A stretch of DNA of 63,801 nt, the filler included, from Octopus bimaculoides (lineage: Eukaryota): the NCBI RefSeq assembly GCF_001194135.2. It is 6 parts of 6 records of this genome, joined end to end, with 100 filler letters (N's around TTAATTAATTAA, not from the genome) between each part and the next. Parts side by side here need not be neighbours in the genome. Positions count along the whole stretch, not along the records: positions 55,808 to 58,193 come from NC_068983.1; positions 58,294 to 62,478 come from NW_026369104.1; positions 62,579 to 63,801 come from NC_068982.1; 3 more parts are not named here. One strand, given 5' to 3'. This document shows, piece by piece, positions 55,708-63,801 of the stretch. The notes beneath the pieces were generated by a model. The model saw nothing but the letters and a program-made list of their open reading frames with translations, made no database searches and was not told where the DNA came from. Made by a program: the position numbers and the translations under genes. Numbering within the stretch: the first letter of the stretch is position 1; every line of letters starts with the position of its first letter.

Positions 55708-57771
55708 NNNNNNNNNNNNNNNNNNNNNNNNNNNNNNNNNNNNNNNNNNNNTTAATTAATTAANNNNNNNNNNNNNNNNNNNNNNNNNNNNNNNNNNNNN
55801 NNNNNNNCATAATTCAACATTCGTTCAAATAATAGTTGTCCTTCTTTTGCAGGTACAGTGCTCAGTGAAGAACAAAGGACCATATGTTAGATACTTGGTG
55901 GGAAAAAAAGTTGACATTCACCTACTTAACTAGCGATAAGAAAAACTAAATAATCATTTTCTCCTTTGCTTGTTATTGTCATAGCTGTTGTACAACCTAT
56001 AAAGTTGTTTTTTTTTATTCGTCAATCCCACGCTTGTTTGCATCCGTCTTGTTCAATGTCTTCTGCAACTAGTAACATGTATAAACTTCCCAATGAGGGA
56101 ATTTCTACGTGGTTGCTGCAAGGCAAATTTCAAGTAAATCATACTTTCTACGTTTTTTATTGTTTTACCAAGAACAAAACAAATTGTGGCGAGGAACAGT
56201 TAGACAATGAACGTCGTACTGGAGGTAGGGATAGGTTCCCTCGCTAGTAAGATAAAATGGTCGCTTTCAATAAAGCTCCAATTGTTTAAGTTATGGGAAA
56301 CAAAGTGTTACAAATCATATGACAGTATTGTCGTGTCTTCCTCTTATATTTATTTCATTCAAATAAACAAACATTCAATTTCCACAGAATTAATAGTTTA
56401 ACAATTGTTGTTCAATGGAGTCTCTGAGGGAGAAATATAAAGCAGATTCTGTTCTTTTCATCAGATGAAAATGTAAATGAAGTGGTTTCCAAAGAAATCA
56501 GAATTTATAACACGAACTCTATGGGATAATAATTGCGGATCTTTTTTAAAACGGGGGCCACATTTTTCATTAATGTTTTACGTAGTGTTTTTGGTAGCGA
56601 AAGACTTTCAAACTTCGTATACTTATCTATTTTGTGTTATAGAACAGAAAAATATTTTTGTATTCGAATTTATTTCATGTAAAAAATTGTCTTATTTCGA
56701 TAATTTCAACCAATCACTGACAAGTATTCAGTTGTTTACATTTAGTCCTTTGGCTCACTAAGCGATGTAAAGCGTATTTNNNNNNNNNNNNNNNNNNNNN
56801 NNNNNNNNNNNNNNNNNNNNNNNNNNNNNNNNNNNNNNNNNNNNNNNNNNNNNNNNNNNNNNNNNNNNNNNNNNNNNNNNNNNNNNNNNNNNNNNNNNNN
56901 NNNNNNNNNNNNNNNNNNNNNNNNNNNNNNNNNNNNNNNNNNNNNNNNNNNNNNNNNNNNNNNNNNNNNNNNNNNNNNNNNNNNNNNNNNNNNNNNNNNN
57001 NNNNNNNNNNNNNNNNNNNNNNNNNNNNNNNNNNNNNNNNNNNNNNNNNNNNNNNNNNNNNNNNNNNNNNNNNNNNNNNNNNNNNNNNNNNNNNNNNNNN
57101 NNNNNNNNNNNNNNNNNNNNNNNNNNNNNNNNNNNNNNNNNNNNNNNNNNNNNNNNNNNNNNNNNNNNNNNNNNNNNNNNNNNNNNNNNNNNNNNNNNNN
57201 NNNNNNNNNNNNNNNNNNNNNNNNNNNNNNNNNNNNNNNNNNNNNNNNNNNNNNNNNNNNNNNNNNNNNNNNNNNNNNNNNNNNNNNNNNNNNNNNNNNN
57301 NNNNNNNNNNNNNNNNNNNNNNNNNNNNNNNNNNNNNNNNNNNNNNNNNNNNNNNNNNNNNNNNNNNNNNNNNNNNNNNNNNNNNNNNNNNNNNNNNNNN
57401 NNNNNNNNNNNNNNNNNNNNNNNNNNNNNNNNNNNNNNNNNNNNNNNNNNNNNNNNNNNNNNNNNNNNNNNNNNNNNNNNNNNNNNNNNNNNNNNNNNNN
57501 NNNNNNNNNNNNNNNNNNNNNNNNNNNNNNNNNNNNNNNNNNNNNNNNNNNNNNNNNNNNNNNNNNNNNNNNNNNNNNNNNNNNNNNNNNGTGTGTGTGT
57601 GTGTGTGTGTGTGTGTGAGCGTGTGTGTACGTGTGCGTGCGTGTGTGCGCGTGTGCGAACGTGTAGACTGTGTTAAACTTGGTGCAAATCAATCAATGGT
57701 GTGTTTATAGTCTGCTACAGATCTACAATAAACATTTCTTCAAATTACCTACATACTCGCACGTGCGCGCG

Positions 57772-57812
<41 letters not shown>

Positions 57813-58293
57813 CACACACCAAAATATACAAACACTGAGAGATAATAGACAGACAGATATATTTGCTTACACTCATCACGTAGAGTTAACAGAGATATCT
57901 TTTCTATTATGTGGTATCTGGTATCTGGTTTACTATACTGTAAGCAACATGGTACTGTCTACACCAGATTATTAAAGTAAAACTATCCCCATTGTATTGT
58001 GGAGAATAAAAGAAAACCTGGACATTATTTTTATGAATTTGCTTTTGTTTCTAACACCATAGTGTCTGTGATTAAGTTTACAGTGATTTAACTTCATAAA
58101 TGACGTGAGTGAAATTTAGATTTCAACTTTGAAATCCAAGTCGTATATTTAGATATTCTAACTTAATTGGTTGATTTAAAAAGGTGGGGTATANNNNNNN
58201 NNNNNNNNNNNNNNNNNNNNNNNNNNNNNNNNNNNNNTTAATTAATTAANNNNNNNNNNNNNNNNNNNNNNNNNNNNNNNNNNNNNNNNNNNN

Positions 58294-58327
<34 letters not shown>

Positions 58328-58330
<3 letters not shown>

Positions 58331-58467
58331 CAGGCTCTTTCAGTTTCTTTCTACGAAATCCACTCCCAACGCTTTGATCGGCTCGCAACTTCTACAGTAG
58401 ATACATTTGCCCAAGGTACTATGCATGTGACCGGGAAGTAAACCTCTTACCATAAAACCGCGCCTGT
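58328..58467 (-). mobile_element. SINE family B 5' fragment
   Basis: ctttcagtttc...aaatccactc...ttgcccaagg matches 5480-5560. Confidence 0.65.
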
Positions 58468-58810
58468 GTGCGCAACCAGAATGACTGTGTGCGTGAATGT
58501 AGGTATAAATGTGTATGAGTGTTTGTATGCGTAAATTTATGCATATATGAGTCTGTGTGTATGTGCGTATGTGTGTTACTCTGTGTGTAATGCGTGTGTA
58601 CGTGCGCGTGTTGTGTGGATAACTCAGACGGGTACCCCTGATTACATACGCAATGATCCGAAACCTTTAACTACACACCAACGATCACATTTTGGTGATG
58701 ACCCCGCCACGATTACCACCCGAACCGCACCGCCCGATTAATATACATAAAAATGAGACAGCGTTCTCAAATAGCACAATAATAACTGAATCTTATAACT
58801 CTCACTCTCT

Positions 58811-58955
58811 TGAAGAGCTTAGCCGAACAAATTGAGCCCAATGTCTATTTTATCGGTTTCATTTTCCGAACTGCTAACTTACGACGACGTAAACAAACCA
58901 ACATTGGTCATCAAGCGATGGGGGCGTGGCGGACAAACACAAATACATTCGTTTA
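58811..58955 (-). mobile_element. SINE family B 3' fragment, decayed
   Basis: ccgaactgctaacttacg...catcaagcgatg...gacaaacac matches 5350-5430. Confidence 0.55.
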
Positions 58956-58979
58956 CACGCACTTCTACATGCATATAAA

Positions 58980-58980
58980 C

Positions 58981-59027
<47 letters not shown>
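58980..59027. repeat. (GATA)n microsatellite
   Basis: Direct reading. Confidence 0.97.
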
Positions 59028-59028
<1 letters not shown>

Positions 59029-59910
59029 GAAATAAACAGGATAAACAGAATTCGATAGATACTGAAGAATTATTGAGAAAATGGGTTCAAAAACAGTGCT
59101 TCCTCTATTTATATTTTATTTAAATCTGCCGAAATTTCTTTCTTGAACTGTTTGCAACAGCAACAACAAGAAGAAGGGAATATTTAGGGGATGGGGTGGG
59201 TGGGGGAAGCGATGCGAGGAAATGTTTATATATGAGATTAAAGCTTTCCTAATCACATAATTAAGAANNNNNNNNNNNNNNNNNNNNNNNNNNNNNNNNN
59301 NNNNNNNNNNNNNNNNNNNNNNNNNNNNNNNNNNNNNNNNNNNNNNNNNNNNNNNNNNNNNNNNNNNNNNNNNNNNNNNNNNNNNNNNNNNNNNNNNNNN
59401 NNNNNNNNNNNNNNNNNNNNNNNNNNNNNNNNNNNNNNNNNNNNNNNNNNNNNNNNNNNNNNNNNNNNNNNNNNNNNNNNNNNNNNNNNNNNNNNNNNNN
59501 NNNNNNNNNNNNNNNNNNNNNNNNNNNNNNNNNNNNNNNNNNNNNNNNNNNNNNNNNNNNNNNNNNNNNNNNNNNNNNNNNNNNNNNNNNNNNNNNNNNN
59601 NNNNNNNNNNNNNNNNNNNNNNNNNNNNNNNNNNNNNNNNNNNNNNNNNNNNNNNNNNNNNNNNNNNNNNNNNNNNNNNNNNNNNNNNNNNNNNNNNNNN
59701 NNNNNNNNNNNNNNNNNNNNNNNNNNNNNNNNNNNNNNNNNNNNNNNNNNNNNNNNNNNNNNNNNNNNNNNNNNNNNNNNNNNNNNNNNNNNNNNNNNNN
59801 NNNNNNNNNNNNNNNNNNNNNNNNNNNNNNNNNNNNNNNNNNNNNNNNNNNNNNNNNNNNNNNNNNNNNNNNNNNNNNNNNNNNNNNNNNNNNNNNNNNN
59901 NNNNNNNNNN

Positions 59911-60449
59911 AAAGAAGGTCATGGTGTCTGTTTGGTGGTCTGTGGCCGGTCTCATCCATCACAGCTTTTTGGATCCAGGCGAAACCATTACGGCGGAGAA
60001 ATACTATCTACAAATGGATGAAATGCATAAGAAACTCCAACAACGACAGCCAGCATTGGTCAATAGAAAAGAACCAATTCTTCTCCACGACAACGCTCGG
60101 CCGCACGTCGCACAACTGACTTTGCAGAAGTTGAACGAATTGGGCTACGAAACTCTGCCTCATCCGCCATACTCAATAGACCTCTCGCCTACCGACTACC
60201 ACTTCTTCAAGCATCTCGACAACTTCCTGCTTGAGAAATGCTTCAAAAACCAAGACGATGCCAAACACGCCTTCACCACCAGAACGCAGGATTTTTACGC
60301 TATTGGCATAAATAAACTTGTTTCGCGTTGGCAAAAGTGTGTTGATTCTGATGGTGTTTATTTCGATTAATAAAGTTTTGTTTGAGCCGAGATGTGTGCA
60401 TCTGAATTTAAAGGTTAAAAACCGCAAGAACTTTCTTGACAACCTAATA
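59911..60449 (+). mobile_element. Mariner (Tc1/mariner, DD34D) transposon 3' half with right TIR and TA
   Basis: KVMVSVWW, LLHDNARPH, HPPYSIDLSPTDYHFF (34 residues between the D of HDN and the D of PTD) and RWQKCV, with a stop at 60370. The TIR-like aaaccgcaagaactttcttgacaacctaa (~60419-60447) is followed by TA. Confidence 0.96.
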
Positions 60450-60553
60450 ATAAGGGAGAGTGTATTAGCGTTGTTAATTAAATTTTAATGAAATATTTCA
60501 AATACATCATATTCGTCTTGAACCACACAGACACGTACACTCGCATTATACAG

Positions 60554-60588
<35 letters not shown>

Positions 60589-60910
60589 TGCATGCAACAA
60601 GAAGCCGTCTGATTAGTTTTTGAATATATTTACGTTTGAACTATGAACAATATGAACATGCTTTCAATCATTATGGACGAATACAAACAATTTACCAAAG
60701 GACCAATATATGGACGTAAAATTTTCATACCAACGTCATGGATTTAGAATTTTTTACCAACTCACCAACCTCAAAAAAAACTTTTTCACCAATTCACCAA
60801 CTTCAAGGACAGTAATTTTAAATGTATTACCTTCTTATATATTTTATATTTTTATAGACTATATTATTATTATTTTTAAAAAACTATACATACAAATACA
60901 TCATAAAAAG

Positions 60911-61010
60911 AATTATATCTCTGATGAGCGGAAATATTACCTATATACAATAATCCATTTAGGATATTATTACAGCAACAATATTTCCGCGAAACGATCG
61001 TAAGATAATT
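60911..61010 (+). ncRNA. Minimal type I hammerhead ribozyme with an intact catalytic core
   Basis: CTGATGA lies at 60921-60927. Stem II is a perfect 11 bp, GCGGAAATATT/AATATTTCCGC (60928-60938/60980-60990). GAAA lies at 60991-60994, stem III is the palindrome ACGATCGT, the cleavage triplet is GUA (site after 61002), and stem I is TATCT/AGATA. Confidence 0.85.
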
Positions 61011-61956
61011 TTAGATTGCCAACATACACATATATGCACTCACACATATATATTTTTATATTTAAACTTATATTTATTATTATATTTTGACATCTATTTT
61101 TTTACATATATAATATAATTTTTTCTACATTTTTATAACTTAAGGCAAAAAGTATGTGATATAAAAATATATATCATTTTGAAAGCTTCGAATATTGATT
61201 TCCTAACTCCAACATATCTACATATATATATATATATATTTAAATTCAATAATAGGACGAATTCTTTTACAAGAATGCCCTTATATAAATATAAATATAT
61301 ATAAGTGATAGGCTTGCCTCGATCCTTCAGGGGTAGTCTGAAGCATCCAAGCAACCAGGGGATGTTTAAATCCGGAGGCACTCCTGGGGATCACCTGTAT
61401 GGGTACCGTCTTGGGAAGAGGGCATCCAGAGGCAGGTAATTTATTNNNNNNNNNNNNNNNNNNNNNNNNNNNNNNNNNNNNNNNNNNNNNNNNNNNNNNN
61501 NNNNNNNNNNNNNNNNNNNNNNNNNNNNNNNNNNNNNNNNNNNNNNNNNNNNNNNNNNNNNNNNNNNNNNNNNNNNNNNNNNNNNNNNNNNNNNNNNNNN
61601 NNNNNNNNNNNNNNNNNNNNNNNNNNNNNNNNNNNNNNNNNNNNNNNNNNNNNNNNNNNNNNNNNNNNNNNNNNNNNNNNNNNNNNNNNNNNNNNNNNNN
61701 NNNNNNNNNNNNNNNNNNNNNNNNNNNNNNNNNNNNNNNNNNNNNNNNNNNNNNNNNNNNNNNNNNNNNNNNNNNNNNNNNNNNNNNNNNNNNNNNNNNN
61801 NNNNNNNNNNNNNNNNNNNNNNNNNNNNNNNNNNNNNNNNNNNNNNNNNNNNNNNNNNNNNNNNNNNNNNNNNNNNNNNNNNNNNNNNNNNNNNNNNNNN
61901 NNNNNNNNNNNNNNNNNNNNNNNNNNNNNNNNNNNNNNNNNNNNNNNNNNNNNNNN

Positions 61957-62418
61957 TCTTAACAAAAAATTGTACATCGCAAGTTATTTCATGTTAAAGT
62001 TGTCGTATTTCTGTAATTTCAACCAATCACTGACGTCTATTCAGCTGAATACAGTCAGTGCTGGCCGGTCATAAAAATATTATTCCCTGTGACATATATT
62101 TTATCCGGTTTAATCGTAATTTATACGCATATATTGTTTATATAATAAATTACGCTGTGCGTATCCGTGTGTGTAACAATTTTTCGCTAGTACTCAGTAA
62201 CACATTTTCTAAATGATGGTAGAGTTTGATTTGAAGAAGAACTAGAGTTTGGGTTCTAGAGTTAGGGTTAGTTTTAGGGTTACGGTTAGGGCTATGATTA
62301 TTTTTGCCATAACCTCACTCATAGCCCTAACCCTAAAACCCTATAACTCATAACTATAACCCTAACCCTAACCCCAACCCCAACCCTAACCCTAAACTAG
62401 AGTTTGATTTGAAGAAGA
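61957..62418. mobile_element. Interspersed repeat carrying telomere-like repeats (possibly a non-autonomous Helitron/Helentron)
   Basis: Shares ~50 nt with 56670-56721 and contains TTAGGG/CCCTAA runs and a hairpin. The class assignment is an inference. Confidence 0.4.
62255..62396. repeat. Degenerate (TTAGGG)n followed by (CCCTAA)n in head-to-head orientation
   Basis: gttagggttagttttagggttacggttaggg ... ccctaaccctaaaaccc...aaccctaaccctaaccccaaccccaaccctaaccctaa. Confidence 0.85.
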
Positions 62419-62578
62419 TTTGGGGTGTAGTGGGAAGGTAGAGTAGGAGTGTGTTGGGGTGTGGTGGGGTGAGCTTATNNNNNNNNNNNNNNNNNNNNNN
62501 NNNNNNNNNNNNNNNNNNNNNNTTAATTAATTAANNNNNNNNNNNNNNNNNNNNNNNNNNNNNNNNNNNNNNNNNNNN

Positions 62579-62930
62579 AAGGCAAAGTCGACCTCGGCGG
62601 AATTTGAACTCAGAACGTAGCGACGGGCGAAATACCGCTAAGCATTTTGCCCGGCGTGCTACCGTTTCTTATTTCTTTATTGCCCACAAGGGGCTAAACG
62701 TTTCTTATTTCTTTATTGCTCATAAGGAGCTAAACGCAGAGGGGACAAACAAGGACAGACAAAGGGATTAAGTCGATTACATGGACCCCAGTGCGTAACT
62801 GGTACTTAATTTATCGACCCCGAAAGGATAAGTCGACCTCAGCGGAATTTGAACTCGGAACGTAACGGCAGACGAAATACCACTAAGCATTTCGCCCGGC
62901 GTGCTAATGTTTCTGCCAGCTAGCCGCCTT
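62579..62930 (-). mobile_element. SINE family A tandem: one full copy with a duplicated tail, fused to a head-truncated copy
   Basis: The full copy spans 62664-62930 and the partial copy 62579-62663. Confidence 0.9.
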
Positions 62931-62946
62931 CAAAGCTGGTAGTAAT

Positions 62947-63078
62947 GGTTTTTTCTACAGTAGGCACAAAGCCTGAAATTTGGGAGATGGAGATAGTCGA
63001 TTACATCGACCTCAGTACACAACTGGTATTTATTTTATCGACCCCGGTGGGATGAAAGGCGAAGTCGACTTCAGCGGA
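62947..63078 (-). mobile_element. 5'-truncated SINE A variant with a 15-nt target-site duplication
   Basis: Flanked by AAAGCTGGTAGTAAT at 62932-62946 and 63079-63093. Confidence 0.85.
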
Positions 63079-63240
63079 AAAGCTGGTAGTAATAATGCTG
63101 CTATTGTGGCTGTTGTCGGTTATTCACACACACATTGACACTACGTCTGACCAATTCTCTCTGATCCAGCAGATTCTTTTCATCGATGGCTTTTCACTGG
63201 TAGTAACCATTCCGACAATACTGTGTTAGACATATATTTA

Positions 63241-63430
63241 TATCTTTTATGTTTTATCTTTTACCTGTTTCAGTCATTAGATTGCGGCCATGCTGGGGCA
63301 CCGCCTTGAATTTTTATTCGAATGAATCGAACCCAGTACTTTTTTCCAAACCGCTAAGTTACGGGGACGTAAGCATACCAAGACCGGTCATCAAGTGGTG
63401 ATGGAGAGACAAACACAGACACACACACAC
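63241..63430 (-). mobile_element. SINE family B 3' fragment with an internal deletion
   Basis: tgtttcagtcattagattgcggccatgctggggcaccgcc...ctaagttacggggac...gacaaacacagac. Confidence 0.8.
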
Positions 63431-63489
63431 ATATTTAGAGTAGGACCTCGGTTTACGAACGCCTCTAATCACGAATAAATCGTGCTTTA

Positions 63490-63532
<43 letters not shown>

Positions 63533-63801
63533 ATTAATATTAGGGACAAAATCCAAAATTACAGGTAAAAACTCAATTAAAATCAATTTATAAAAAATAA
63601 AAATTAAATTGAGCTTTACAGAGTAAAATATATATAAATATCTAGTTTTAGGGAAAAGAACCAAGGTTCATGAACTCATCGATGAAAATCCACTGTCACA
63701 TATAGAAAAATTAATAATTAAAAGCACAATAAATGAGTATAATATAATACAAAGTAAATATCATAAGATAAAGATAATAAAATGACTACACGTGTTTCAT
63801 A

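Noticed and set aside
60710-61003. 97-aa ORF spanning the hammerhead
   Set aside because: It is AT-rich and low complexity with no recognisable domain. The RNA structure explains the region better.
62579-63093. CRISPR-like repeated units
   Set aside because: They are SINE copies and a TSD in a eukaryotic genome, with no regular repeat-spacer pattern and no cas genes.

Overview
This is AT-rich, microsatellite-dense, gap-ridden eukaryotic DNA. The SINE families and repeat landscape point to an octopus (coleoid cephalopod) genome, which is an inference. No conserved host gene is recognisable. Five 12-nt TTAATTAATTAA linkers inside ~100-nt N blocks (24144, 50627, 55752, 58238, 62523) show the window is a concatenation of separate scaffolds, so adjacency across them means nothing. 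The recognisable content is transposon-derived: two Penelope-like RT fragments (YLDD and YRDD types), a probable GIY-YIG remnant, RTE-clade LINE fragments, a Tx1/L1-like LINE ORF2, an apparently ORF1-only zinc-knuckle element, a probable R4/Dong fragment inside a (TAA)n tract, a mariner 3' half (D34D, TIR, TA) and many tRNA-derived SINE copies. The best observations are (1) a textbook minimal type I hammerhead ribozyme at 60911-61010, plus a degenerate one at 44259-44300 and a half motif at the window edge; (2) a 3' tail shared by the Tx1/L1-like LINE, the ORF1-only element and the most common SINE family, suggesting a three-member mobilisation system; and (3) a head-to-head TTAGGG/CCCTAA hairpin flanked by a 21-nt direct repeat. 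One weak two-exon orphan coding candidate is noted. All alignments were done by eye and no database searches were run.
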